From contig CAVVTZ010000014.1 in NCBI GenBank assembly GCA_963751275.1, positions 69,940 to 133,939 of the forward strand: a stretch of DNA of 64,000 nucleotides, given 5' to 3'. The DNA is from an uncultured Gemmatimonadaceae bacterium (GTDB lineage Bacteria > Gemmatimonadota > Gemmatimonadetes > Gemmatimonadales > Gemmatimonadaceae). Below are positions 52,002-61,932 of the stretch, one piece after another. The notes below the pieces were generated by a model. The model was given only the letters and a program-made list of their open reading frames with translations. It was not told the DNA's origin and ran no database searches. A program made the position numbers and the translations under genes. The first letter of the stretch is position 1. Each line of letters opens with the position of its first letter.

Positions 52002-52316
52002 CTACAAGCCGCCGTGGAATCGCCCGAACGCATGAGCGAGCATGAGCGACATGGCGAGGACCCCGGCACCGAATGCGAGCACGTGATCCGTCTTTCGCAG
52101 ATCGAAGGTTCCTACGCGGCACACCAGCATGTATCCGACTACAAGATTGAAGAAGCCCCAAAGTACATTGACTGTCGCGGTGGACAGCCCCTGTCCTGGC
52201 GGTGAAGCGAACGGACTTTGAAATGGCGAGCCGGAGATCCCATTGACGAAATGCGGGATCGCGTTCGCCAGGAAGGCGCCGCCGAAGAAGTAGGCGAGGT
52301 AATGGTACCAGCGCAC
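52002..52316 (-). CDS. Small membrane protein
   Basis: FLANAIPHFVNG...PFQSPFA.PPG; GGAG RBS. Confidence 0.7.
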   Translation of the reverse strand: MRWYHYLAYFFGGAFLANAIPHFVNGISGSPFQSPFASPPGQGLSTATVNVLWGFFNLVVGYMLVCRVGTFDLRKTDHVLAFGAGVLAMSLMLAHAFGRFHGGL

Positions 52317-52366
52317 GATTGTCTCCGTTGTGAAGGATCTGGACTTCGCGAAGGCGAATCGCTGGG

Positions 52367-52801
52367 CTATGTGACAGCCGGCTTCGAGCGAAGCGCATAG
52401 GTCACCAAGATCGCCCCGGCGAGGATCGCGAGTGTGACCGACACTTGGAGTGCCTGCACGACCGCCTCCTTCCACGGCATGGCGCCATACCCAGCGCCCG
52501 ACAGAGGCGTCAGGCGACTCGTCCCCCAGGCGGCGGCAAGACAACCAGTGGCCCAGTTCGCGAATGTGCCGTACAGGAAGAGGCCCCGCGTGAGCTTGGC
52601 TTGCAAGGGACTAATAGTGAGTAGGCCCCAGGCAAGACCGAGCGCCATCAGGATGAGCGCGTTCATGATCCCGGAGAGGTGGGCTGCGAGCGCCATCTTC
52701 TGATTGAGGAACTGCGGCACAGCGAAGCCCGTCAGCAGCGCGAGCGTGAAGAGGACGAACCCCGCTCGAACCAAGAATGGATCCGCCTTCTTGATCTCCA
52801 T
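52367..52801 (-). CDS. StyC-like four-TM membrane protein
   Basis: LAAHLSGIMN motif, four TM helices. Confidence 0.6.
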   Translation of the reverse strand: MEIKKADPFLVRAGFVLFTLALLTGFAVPQFLNQKMALAAHLSGIMNALILMALGLAWGLLTISPLQAKLTRGLFLYGTFANWATGCLAAAWGTSRLTPLSGAGYGAMPWKEAVVQALQVSVTLAILAGAILVTYALRSKPAVT

Positions 52802-52815
52802 TGCGATCTCCTGCG

Positions 52816-53355
52816 TCACCGCATCTGGTACGGATGGAAGATGTAATCCTTCTTCTTCACCGCGACGTGGCATGACTGCCCGCAGTCCGATCTTGCCGAG
52901 TCGGCCGTGATCGCGCCGTTCGTGGCGTCATGATCGAGGACCGCGTAGCCCCAGCCGCCGGTGAGCGGGAATCGCTTGCTGTTCTTCTCCATGAAGAAGG
53001 CCTGCGTCGGGGCGTTCGGCACATCCACGACGAAGGGGGCCTCCGTGCTCTTCTTGAAGCTCCATTGCAACTTCGCGATCTTGGCGCCCTCCGGGAATGG
53101 ATGGCCGTTGCCCGGCACCCCCGATTTGTACGCCTTGATCATCGCGGGGTTCGCGACGATGACCTTGAGCACCTCATCCGTGCGCGCCAAGGAAACGACG
53201 GCCCAGTCCTCGTATCCCCGGAAGTCGGAGAACTTGATCCCGCTGGGCGAGACCAGCGCGTACTTGTCAGGTTTGTCCGGCGGGTACGCGGCGGCGCCGA
53301 TCACGGCAACAGACACCCCAGTAACTGCGATCATCAGAATGTTCTTGCTGTTCAT
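52816..53355 (-). CDS. Cytochrome P460 family protein
   Basis: FPEGAKIAK, FMEK, GGWGYA, C-terminal CGQSCH, DYIF. Confidence 0.85.
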   Translation of the reverse strand: MNSKNILMIAVTGVSVAVIGAAAYPPDKPDKYALVSPSGIKFSDFRGYEDWAVVSLARTDEVLKVIVANPAMIKAYKSGVPGNGHPFPEGAKIAKLQWSFKKSTEAPFVVDVPNAPTQAFFMEKNSKRFPLTGGWGYAVLDHDATNGAITADSARSDCGQSCHVAVKKKDYIFHPYQMR

Positions 53356-53387
53356 GATCACCACCTCCTGGATCGAGTTTGGCGGCC

Positions 53388-53480
53388 ACCCGACAAAGTG
53401 CGTTCACCTGCGGGTGATACCATAACCCGAGCTGGACGAACCTGCCACAACTCACCCGCCGGCTGGAACGTGGGCGAGAC
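53388..53480 (-). other. Degenerate attC site (93 bp)
   Basis: AAGTGCGTTCACCTGCGGGTGATACCATA...CTCACCCGCCGGCTGGAACG, colinear with 61834 and 62454 sites; R boxes decayed. Confidence 0.75.
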
Positions 53481-53482
53481 CG

Positions 53483-54694
53483 CTACGGCGCCAGGATCGG
53501 CGCCGTCCACCGGAACGGTCCCCACTCCATCACCAGCGTTCCGTGATGTGCATCCACCGGCACGATGGAGATCGTGAACTTCTCCACCGGCGTCTCGCTC
53601 GCTGCGGTGGTCATCGGCGACTTGCCAAGGTCGAACGAATAGTCGTAGCCCGTGCCCCACTGCCCCGACTGCTTGTTCACGATCAGCTCGACGCCGTTCG
53701 CGCTCGGCAGCGTCCACAGCGTGTACATCCCGGGCGCGAGTTTCATGCCGGCGAGCGTGATGGCGCTCGACGTCGAGAACTGCGTGGCCGCGTTCGCTCC
53801 GGTGCGCCACACCTCGCCATACGGGATGACGCCGCCCACCAGCGTGCGGCCGCGCGCCAACGGCCGGCCGTAGTCGACCCACATCGATGCCTGCCCGATC
53901 GTCGCGCGCGCGGTGTCGCGCACGCTCAGCTGCTTCATGCCGCCCTGACTCGTCTCGAGCGCCGCGAACCGCTCGCCGATCGCCTCGATGTCGGGAAGCG
54001 GCTCGCTGAGCCGAGTGACCTCCACCTTGTACGTGCTGCGCGCACCCGAGTACGTGAGCATGTGGTTGGCCGAGTCCACCGTCGCATCGCCATAGCCCGC
54101 GAGCCAGTCGTGCTCCAGTTCCACCTTGCCGCCGCCTTTGGGACGCACGATGCCATTGTGCAGCGGGAAGCGGTCGAATTCCCGGTCGATGTAGTACTGC
54201 CGCAGTTTGATCTCCGTGCCGGCGGCCGGCGGCGTTTGCGGCGCACGCGCGAGCGCGGCGGCGAGGTACAGGTCGGTGAGCCCGTACATTTGCGGAAGGT
54301 GCGGCATCGCGAGCGCGCCGCCGGTCGCGAAGGCGATGCGTTTCTCACCCGTGCGGTCTTTCTTGGTGATGATCACGGAGTCCCTCGTGACACGTGCCTC
54401 GACATGCCGCGGACTCTCGGCGGCCGGTTCGCTCGGCGTGCGGATGTCCATCTCGAGGTGGCGGATGCTCCCGTCGGGCGCGAGCGTGATCACCGTGTGA
54501 CGGCGGCGCACGCGGGGGAATCGATCCACCTCGTCGCTCACGACGGTGTTGCCTGTGCGGGTGTCGCTCTCGATCGAGATCGTGTCGCGACCGAGCAGCG
54601 CGAGGTAACCGTAGTGCTGCGGCGGTCCGCCGCACGCGGTGAGCAGAACTGCGGCGCACATCGACAGCGCGCCGGCCAGCATGAGTCGAAGCAT
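53483..54694 (-). CDS. DUF2911 domain lipoprotein
   Basis: LTAC lipobox; YGRP..RGR...WRTGANAAT. Confidence 0.88.
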   Translation of the reverse strand: MLRLMLAGALSMCAAVLLTACGGPPQHYGYLALLGRDTISIESDTRTGNTVVSDEVDRFPRVRRRHTVITLAPDGSIRHLEMDIRTPSEPAAESPRHVEARVTRDSVIITKKDRTGEKRIAFATGGALAMPHLPQMYGLTDLYLAAALARAPQTPPAAGTEIKLRQYYIDREFDRFPLHNGIVRPKGGGKVELEHDWLAGYGDATVDSANHMLTYSGARSTYKVEVTRLSEPLPDIEAIGERFAALETSQGGMKQLSVRDTARATIGQASMWVDYGRPLARGRTLVGGVIPYGEVWRTGANAATQFSTSSAITLAGMKLAPGMYTLWTLPSANGVELIVNKQSGQWGTGYDYSFDLGKSPMTTAASETPVEKFTISIVPVDAHHGTLVMEWGPFRWTAPILAP

Positions 54695-54696
54695 GT

Positions 54697-55660
54697 CTAC
54701 CTTCCGAAGAGAAAGATGAGCGCATCGGGCAGGCGCGCGGCCCATGCGCCGGCCGTGTGCGTCGCGCAGGGCGCGACGACCAACCTGAGCCGGGTGGAGT
54801 CGAGTCCCGCGCGTCGCAGCGCGGCATTCATTCGAAGAACGCCCGTCACCATTTCATCGAAGGTGCCGGTGGTGTCGCCGGCGGCCGGGTGCTTCGACGG
54901 ATCGCAACCGGGGCGGCTGTCCTCGTTCGTGCCCACGGCGAGGAAGATGCGTCCGGGCCACACGTGCACGTTCGATGCGTTCGCGATCAGCTGGAAGCCG
55001 TACACGCGGAACACCGTGCTCTCCGCGAGCAACCGCCCGAACACACCGGGGCGCGCTTCCACCGTGTACACGCTGATGACCCCGCCGTACGACGATCCGC
55101 CGATGCCGGTGTGCGCAGCGTCCGTGAGCGTGCGATAGGAACGGTTGATGAGTGGCATCACTTCATCTACGAGGAATTTCGGATAGCGTTTCCCCTCGGG
55201 GGCGGGATCGTAGTTGGGGTTGATCTTCGCCGTGGCGCTGTCGGGCCACGGGAGATACTCGTGGTCGCGTTCCGACGCGCCGGCATCGTCCACGCCGACT
55301 ACGATCATCGGCGGGATCTTTCCCGTGGCGACCAGGTCATGCACGATCTCATCGACATGCCACTCGCGCGGGCCGAAGACGCCCGTCGCCGGATCGAAGA
55401 GATTCTGGCCGTCGGCGAGGTAGAGTACGCGCGTAGTGCTTGCCGCGGTTGGCGGGATCGTCGTACCCATCCGGCAGGAGCACGCGCAGCTTGCGCGTGT
55501 TGCCGAAGATCTTGCTGGTGAACGTGTGCAGCCGCAGGTCGCCGGTCACCGCGGGCGAATGCACTCGTTCCACGTCGGCGGTCTGGGACGCGGCCGAGCG
55601 AAAGTTCGCGGCGAGCAGCGTCGCGGCGAGAAGAAAGTGGCGCATGCGCATCGTCTGCAT
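54697..55660 (-). CDS. Alpha/beta hydrolase, putative esterase (frameshifted)
   Basis: VLYLADGQNLF, GSSYGG. Confidence 0.88.
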
Positions 55661-56802
55661 CAGCGGTGCGGCGCGGGGCGCAGCCGCGCGCTCAGCGCCC
55701 AGCCGCCGAAGAATTCGGTGACCGCATAGGTGAGCGTATTGCTCCCCGCGTGGAGCGGAAGGAAGAGCGCAATGCCGAGCGGCTCGAAGTAGCCCAGATC
55801 GGTGAAGCCCGATGCCCGAATGCCGCTGAACAGCGGGCGGCCATTGAGGAAGATCACGGCGTTGTCGCTGAAGCCCGCGTCGAGAAGAACCGTCGTGTCG
55901 CGCGGCACCGTGATCGTCGTCCTCGCGAACACCACGTGCGATTTGGGCACACGGTTGTCGAGCAACACCGAGTCGGCGATCCCATACGGAAGCACGCCCG
56001 GCGAGTGCCGGAGGCGGTTGATGATCACCATGCCATCGGGATCGGCCCGCAGCGAATCCCACTTGAGCGCGGCGGCGGCCGGCATGATCCCGGGAACGAG
56101 CGTGGAAGCATCGAAGGCCTGCGAGATCTCCCACTGCTCCAGCGAACCGGGCGGCGCTGTGCGCGCGACGTGCGCGTAGCTCCGCGCGTCCCGCGTATAC
56201 GAAATGTTCGCATACCACGCCCCCCGGCCGAACCCGCTCCCCCAGAGGCCGATCATCTCGCCACCCTCCGGACCGGCCAGGCGCGGGATCACGAGCGCGG
56301 CAGCGCTGTCGCGGTTCAAGTAGACGGCGGCCGAATCGCCGAAGACGCGAACGCGTACGTGGATCCATTGATCGCGCGGCACGCTGACGTTCGCGGTCCC
56401 ACCGGCGCCGTGGAAGAGCTGCCAGGTGGCCGGGATCGAATTGATCGACGGCGAATACTGCATCGCCTCCGCAGTTCCGCTCGCGCCAGGGCGAAAGAAG
56501 ACCACATCGGCGTTCTCGGCGCCGGTCGCGCGGAAGGAGATCCCCATGTTCGTGGACTTCTCCGCTGCCGCGATGTCGAATTCGATGACCCCGTCGTGGA
56601 GTCTCGCCGAGCGCGACAGCGCGACGCCCGTGTTGATGTACACGGCCGGCACGCCCAGGTGCTGTTCGAAGCGAATGGAATCCGTCGCCTGCCACTCCGC
56701 GGCGGTGAGCGGAATGCTGGTCGATTGCGCGGAGAGGATCGCGGGGAGGAGCGCGGCAACGGCCGGCGCTGCGATCCGGAGGAGTGAAAGCCGATGCGAC
56801 AT
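55660..56802 (-). CDS. Exported beta-sandwich (DUF1080-like) protein
   Basis: Signal peptide; GVIEFDI...QWIHVR. Confidence 0.6.
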   Translation of the reverse strand: MSHRLSLLRIAAPAVAALLPAILSAQSTSIPLTAAEWQATDSIRFEQHLGVPAVYINTGVALSRSARLHDGVIEFDIAAAEKSTNMGISFRATGAENADVVFFRPGASGTAEAMQYSPSINSIPATWQLFHGAGGTANVSVPRDQWIHVRVRVFGDSAAVYLNRDSAAALVIPRLAGPEGGEMIGLWGSGFGRGAWYANISYTRDARSYAHVARTAPPGSLEQWEISQAFDASTLVPGIMPAAAALKWDSLRADPDGMVIINRLRHSPGVLPYGIADSVLLDNRVPKSHVVFARTTITVPRDTTVLLDAGFSDNAVIFLNGRPLFSGIRASGFTDLGYFEPLGIALFLPLHAGSNTLTYAVTEFFGGWALSARLRPAPHR

Positions 56803-57032
56803 CGATGTTCCTCGCGTTGACGTGAGGGCCATCGGCCGAGCATCGGGGTACACTCCGGCCGATAACGGCCAGGGAGTCCGAATGTTCAACGCTGTCAATG
56901 CACCCCGTGAGAGGCCCCTACGGACAGCGCGTCTGCGTACAGTTGTGCCGTAACCTTGCCGCGGCAGCGAAATTTGTCAACCGGGCGCCGAGCGAGCCCG
57001 GTCACCTTCACGGCCCGGCGCGCCCGCCCGGT

Positions 57033-57740
57033 CTACACATGCACCAGCGCACATCCCGCGTTCTGTGCGCGCGCGAGCCCGAAGATGCCCAATGGCACCG
57101 CATAGGAACCGGGCACGAGATGCGCCCGCAACGTCGCGTGCATCTCGTCGGGCGTCTGGCCCATCTTCGACGCGAGCCGCTTGGAGAGATTCGTCAGCGC
57201 GAAGTCGCACACCAGAATGATGGCGCCGCCTTCCTGCAGTCCGCCGAGGCTCGGCAAGATGATGCCGGGCGCGGGATCGGGGGCGCGATGCCAGAACGGA
57301 TTGCGTTCCGCGGGCTGCCCACTCGCGGGGTCCGTCGTTTTGTACTCGACGCCCAGTGCCAGCTGCTGCCACATCGCATCGTCCAGCGCGGCGGCGACGG
57401 CCTGCGTGCGGATGTTCAGCACGATGCGCGCCTCGTAGCGCTGGGTGCCGTAGGCGGCGGCGCAATTCATGAGGTATCGCTCGGCCAGCTCCAACATGAT
57501 GGGATCGGCGGGCGTGCCCAACGTGGGCCAATCGAAGACCGCGCGATCAGTGGCCGGGGCGAGGCGCGCGAGCCACGTCAGGTCCCACGCCGTCGTGAGG
57601 CCGGGGCTGCGATCGTGCGCCGGCTCGACCGCCCGCGCTTGAAGGGGTGCGAGCGTACTGCCGATGGCGACCACGGAGGCGGCGCGCCCGGCCAGCTTCA
57701 TGAAGTCCCGACGGGATCCTGTCGCTTCGCGGTTCGTCAT
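57033..57740 (-). CDS. Tat-exported DsrE-like protein
   Basis: SRRDFMK Tat motif; ILVC...AQNAGC. Confidence 0.6.
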   Translation of the reverse strand: MTNREATGSRRDFMKLAGRAASVVAIGSTLAPLQARAVEPAHDRSPGLTTAWDLTWLARLAPATDRAVFDWPTLGTPADPIMLELAERYLMNCAAAYGTQRYEARIVLNIRTQAVAAALDDAMWQQLALGVEYKTTDPASGQPAERNPFWHRAPDPAPGIILPSLGGLQEGGAIILVCDFALTNLSKRLASKMGQTPDEMHATLRAHLVPGSYAVPLGIFGLARAQNAGCALVHV

Positions 57741-57789
57741 GTCCACACGCAATTGAAGGGTGAGAGGCGGCCGATCGAGCGACCGCTTG

Positions 57790-58284
57790 TCAGGCGGGGC
57801 GACGCCGCGGACGTTTCTTGGCCGCTGCCGCACGAATGACCACCGGCCCGCGGCCGTTGCGCGCGAACGGGACGGCATTGCCCGCGATGGCCGCGTCGAT
57901 CAGGCGCGCGACCGCCGGCCGAGCGAGCGTGGACGCGCTCTCCACGGGGATAAAGCGCACCACGTTGGCGGAGCCCTGCAACAATTTCTCAGGATCCGGC
58001 AACCCCTTGCCGCGATTGAAGTACAGCTGAACGCCCTTCGCGCTCCCGCGGATCACGAACACTCCCTCGTATCCATGCTCGCTCGGTGAGAAGCTGATGA
58101 CGAAGCAGTCACGATATTCGTACACCACCTCATGGGCGGTAGGCAGACGCTTTCGCAGCGACCGTCGCATTGCGCCGACGAGCCGTTCGTGCGCGGGCGC
58201 GAACTTGGCGATGAGCCTGCTCACCTCGGCTTCTGCCGATTTGCGCTCCGCCGCGGACTGGGTGCTCGGCTGTGAAGTGGTCAT
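57790..58284 (-). CDS. DUF1801-like protein
   Basis: EVVYEY...LYFNRGKGLPDPEKLLQGS. Confidence 0.75.
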   Translation of the reverse strand: MTTSQPSTQSAAERKSAEAEVSRLIAKFAPAHERLVGAMRRSLRKRLPTAHEVVYEYRDCFVISFSPSEHGYEGVFVIRGSAKGVQLYFNRGKGLPDPEKLLQGSANVVRFIPVESASTLARPAVARLIDAAIAGNAVPFARNGRGPVVIRAAAAKKRPRRRPA

Positions 58285-58320
58285 GAGTTGAAGATCCGGT
58301 TCACGGTTGTTGGGCCGCCC

Positions 58321-58959
58321 TTACTCGCGCACATAGCGCATGTGTGTGGCGGCCGGACCATCGACCACCTTGTCGATCCGGAACCGCGGCAGCGGCTCGC
58401 GCAGCTTCTCGAAGAGACGTCTTCCGCCGCCGAACAGCACGGGCGCCACGGCGATCTCCAGCTCCTCGATGACGCCCAGGTTCAGGTACTGCTGGATCAC
58501 GTCCGCGCCGCCCGCGATGCGAATGTCGCGGCCGCCCGCCGATTTCCTGGCCTGTTCCAGCGCGCTCTCCGGGCCATCGTTGACGAAGTAGAACGTCGTC
58601 CCGCCCGGCCGCACCCAGGGTTCACGCTTCTCGTGGGTGAGCACGTAGACCGGCGTGTGGAACGGCGCCTCCTCCGGCCACCCGCGCTCGCCGCCCTCGA
58701 ACATTCGCTTGCCCATGATGTTGGCGCCGATGCGCTCGGTGGTCTTCCGAAGCATGTCGTTGACCGGTCCGGTCTCTCCCCCTGGTCCGAGCTTGAGGTT
58801 CTCGCGGAAGTACTGCTGGTTCAGGAGCCAGCTCATGAGCGCACCCCACTTCGCGGCCCAATTCTTGTACTCGGGCCGATCCCAATTCTCGATGGCCATT
58901 CCTTCCGGCGCCATGTAGCCGTCGAGACTCAGCGCGATGTTCACGAATACCTTGCTCAT
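58321..58959 (-). CDS. Dihydrofolate reductase-like protein
   Basis: SLDGY, MGKRMF, IAGGA, PVLFGGG. Confidence 0.9.
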   Translation of the reverse strand: MSKVFVNIALSLDGYMAPEGMAIENWDRPEYKNWAAKWGALMSWLLNQQYFRENLKLGPGGETGPVNDMLRKTTERIGANIMGKRMFEGGERGWPEEAPFHTPVYVLTHEKREPWVRPGGTTFYFVNDGPESALEQARKSAGGRDIRIAGGADVIQQYLNLGVIEELEIAVAPVLFGGGRRLFEKLREPLPRFRIDKVVDGPAATHMRYVRE

Positions 58960-58981
58960 GCGTCTCCTCTCACAGTGCGGT

Positions 58982-59377
58982 CTACGACCCAGCCACAATG
59001 TCGCCGGCGCGGGTCTCGAGTGTGATATGGTCCATGATACCCGCGCTGCGCATCCAGTTGCGATAGTGCTCGGCACCGGCCGCGCCGAGTTCTTGCGATT
59101 CCCACTCCGCGACCGCGACCGTCGTGCTGCTGTCCGTCCGCATGAGCCGGTAGCGAATGAAGCCCGGTTGTGCGCGGAAGACGCCAACGCCATCCGTGTC
59201 GATCTGATGGAAGATGCGTTCCGCTTCCGGCGAGTAGGTATTGATGTTCCAGCGAGCGATGGAGACGCGCAGGTAGCGCGGCGCGACAGGCCGTTGTTCC
59301 ACGGGCGGCACCCTCCGCGATATCGGTGACAGTGCGAGCGCGAGCGTAAGGAGAGCGAAGGTGGTGGCGTGCCACAT
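58982..59377 (-). CDS. Exported ABM-like dimeric alpha-beta barrel protein
   Basis: QPGFIRY...AEWES; GGAGG RBS. Confidence 0.65.
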   Translation of the reverse strand: MWHATTFALLTLALALSPISRRVPPVEQRPVAPRYLRVSIARWNINTYSPEAERIFHQIDTDGVGVFRAQPGFIRYRLMRTDSSTTVAVAEWESQELGAAGAEHYRNWMRSAGIMDHITLETRAGDIVAGS

Positions 59378-59403
59378 CGTGACCTCCGGAAAGGAAGGAA
59401 ACG

Positions 59404-59958
59404 TTAGTGCGACCGGAGCGGGACACACGTCACCCGAACCGCGTCCTCGCCAACGCGTTCGCTGGCAATGATGCGGAGCGGCGGCCGGGCGCCGGCGAAG
59501 TACGGCTTGCCGCCGCCCAGCACGAAGGGGCGGAAGTAGAGACGGTACTCGTCGATGAGACCGAGGCCAGTGAGGCTCGCCGCGAGGGAGGGCCCCGCGA
59601 CGTCGATCTCACCCTCGACGTCCTCCTTCAGCCTGCGCACGAACGCCTCGAGGTTCTCCCCGACGAGTGTGGCGTTCGCACCGACCGACTTCAGCGTACG
59701 TGAGACGACCCATTTCGGCTTCGCCCGCCACGCCGCCGCGAAATCGTGGTCGCCCGCATCCCACTCCGGTTTGTCCTCGTCCCAGTAGCGCATGAGCTCG
59801 TAGATCCGCCGGCCATACAAGGCGCCGGCCAGGCCGCGGACGTGATCGGTGAAATGACGGCCGAGCGCAGGGCCAGGCGGAGGAATGACCAACCCGCCTG
59901 CGGTGTCATCGACGTAGCCGTCGAGGGACTGCATCATGCCGAAGACGAGCTTAGCCAT
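59404..59958 (-). CDS. Dihydrofolate reductase-like protein
   Basis: SLDGYV, YGRRIYE, LIDEY, PFVLGGG. Confidence 0.9.
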   Translation of the reverse strand: MAKLVFGMMQSLDGYVDDTAGGLVIPPPGPALGRHFTDHVRGLAGALYGRRIYELMRYWDEDKPEWDAGDHDFAAAWRAKPKWVVSRTLKSVGANATLVGENLEAFVRRLKEDVEGEIDVAGPSLAASLTGLGLIDEYRLYFRPFVLGGGKPYFAGARPPLRIIASERVGEDAVRVTCVPLRSH

Positions 59959-59983
59959 ATGAGAACGTCACGTGCCTTCAGCC

Positions 59984-61252
59984 CTACCAGGGGCGCACGC
60001 CCTTCGGGCCGATCACCGTAATGGTGAGGGCGTAACTCGAGTTGCTCTCGTCGTCCCCCAATTGCATCAAGCTGGGTGACTGATGGCAGTGTTGCTCGGC
60101 AAAATCCACGATGATGCGGCTGCTATTCTGTGCGTCCCAGCGCGCGCTCCATCTGCCGTCGTTGTAGATGGTCTCGTCGGCGGGAAGCACCTTCACCCCA
60201 CAGCCCTCCGTCGCCCAGTAGCTGAGCCGAAAGCCGAGCGGCTGGAATCCCGGCGCCAGCCGGCTCAAGTCCCAAATATCCACGCCCGGATTGAAGCGCG
60301 CTTGGTGGTTGCGGTCGACCCCGCCGGTGAACGGGCCCGGGCCTGAACCATTCGTGTACGGAGAGGAGTATTTGGCCGGCACGGGATGACCGTCGGTCGC
60401 CGTGATCGCGCCCAACGTCACGCCGGCCTGAGGAAAGCTGTGCAGTGTCACCTGTTCCCGCATGGCGTAGAATGTGAAACCCGGCACCCTGGTCAGCCCC
60501 GCACTGCCGACCGGCACGATGACGAGCGAAACGGTGCTCTGGTCCGGTTCACCTGACAGCGCGGGGTTCACCTTCGCTTTGATCAAGTTGTCGGACCAGG
60601 ATTCGATCACCAGCGGGATCGTCCCCGCTTTGAATCCTCCCTCCAGGTGGACATCCCCTTTCGAAAGACCAAAACGGCAGCCCACGATCGTGTACTCATT
60701 TCCGTTGGGATCTTGCGTGAAGATCGCGCCGTGTGGCTTCCCATTGACGTCGAACACGCCCGGGCCGGGGCCCGGAGGACACAGGTTCTGAACGGGGGCC
60801 GCTACCTTCACTCCCATCTTTGAATTCGAGCCCGACGGGGGCGGCGGCGTAGCCGCCACCGGAGCGAGCGTCGTCGCAGCCGTCGCCGCCGTTCGCGCGT
60901 GACTCGGCCCTACGCTGGAAGGAGGATTGGAGGTAGATCCCGAGGCCTCTCCGGGAGCGCCCATCGTATGACTGGGAGCGGAGCTCGCCGCCAGCTTCTG
61001 GACCTTCAATTCCTGGAGGATGGCCGGGTTCATGGCCTGCGCGGCGTGCGGGTTCGCGACTGGCGGCGTCTCCTTGAAATGTGCGGACGGGGCATTGCTG
61101 AAGAATTTCTGGATATCCGCGTCCGTGCGCGGCTTTGGTTTGGCCGGTGCGGCCTGCTGCTGGGTCGCGTGGGCCGGCACCGTGCTCTGCGAACGGGCCG
61201 CCGGGCAGATCAAGACGATCAGGGCGGGAATGACTGCGAAAGGCTTGGACAT
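59984..61252 (-). CDS. Hypothetical secreted protein, Pro/Ala linker plus Ig-like domains
   Basis: Signal peptide; IPT-like I.GC.FG...SWSDN.I; GGAGG RBS. Confidence 0.7.
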   Translation of the reverse strand: MSKPFAVIPALIVLICPAARSQSTVPAHATQQQAAPAKPKPRTDADIQKFFSNAPSAHFKETPPVANPHAAQAMNPAILQELKVQKLAASSAPSHTMGAPGEASGSTSNPPSSVGPSHARTAATAATTLAPVAATPPPPSGSNSKMGVKVAAPVQNLCPPGPGPGVFDVNGKPHGAIFTQDPNGNEYTIVGCRFGLSKGDVHLEGGFKAGTIPLVIESWSDNLIKAKVNPALSGEPDQSTVSLVIVPVGSAGLTRVPGFTFYAMREQVTLHSFPQAGVTLGAITATDGHPVPAKYSSPYTNGSGPGPFTGGVDRNHQARFNPGVDIWDLSRLAPGFQPLGFRLSYWATEGCGVKVLPADETIYNDGRWSARWDAQNSSRIIVDFAEQHCHQSPSLMQLGDDESNSSYALTITVIGPKGVRPW

Positions 61253-61343
61253 GGTTGGATTCCTCCGGAGTGTGCCTCTGTTTCGCATCGCTCGTGCTGT
61301 TGGCGCGTCGCCGTGGCCCGCTATCCGCGCGCGGGCGCTAGGC

Positions 61344-61809
61344 TCACCGCACCGAGTCGTACGCTCTCTCAAGTGCCGCCACGTCGAATCTCACCATTTT
61401 CATCATCGCATCCATGACAGCCTTCACTTTCGCGGGGTTCTTGTCGCGGATGAGTTCGATGAATCGCTTCGGGATGATCTGCCAGCATAGACCGAACTGG
61501 TCCTTGATCCAGCCACATTGCATTTCGTTGGCGCCGGCCTTGACGAGCTTATTCCAGTACTCGTCCACTTCCCGCTGGTCCTGCGCACTGCACGAACAGC
61601 GAGAAGCCTTCGGAGAATGTGAAGTACGGACCGCCGTTGTACCCCATGAAGGACTGACCGCCGATGATGAATTGGGCCGAGTTGATGGGGCCATCTTTGC
61701 CGGCGCGCGCGACATTTGTGACCCGAGAGTCCGGGAACGTGGACGTGTAGAACTCGATGGCGGCCTCGAGTTGGTCGTTGAACATCAGGAACGGGGTGAC
61801 CTTGCTCAT
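61344..61809 (-). CDS. VOC family (PhnB/3-demethylubiquinone MTase-like), frameshifted
   Basis: KVTPFLMF...NGGP...QCGWIKDQFGL.WQI. Confidence 0.9.
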
Positions 61810-61833
61810 CGGTGACGTCTCCTTTCGTGGTCC

Positions 61834-61926
61834 GCAGAACGAAGTGCGTTGAGCTGCGGGTGATACGATAGTGTGAGCGAAGCGTGCAATCCATAGCTCA
61901 CCCGCCGGCTGCAACGGCAGTCAGGA
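61834..61926 (-). other. attC site
   Basis: Minus strand TCCTGAC-TGCC-GTTGCAGC...GCTCAAC-GCACTTC-GTTCTGC. Confidence 0.85.
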
Positions 61927-61932
61927 CGCCGT

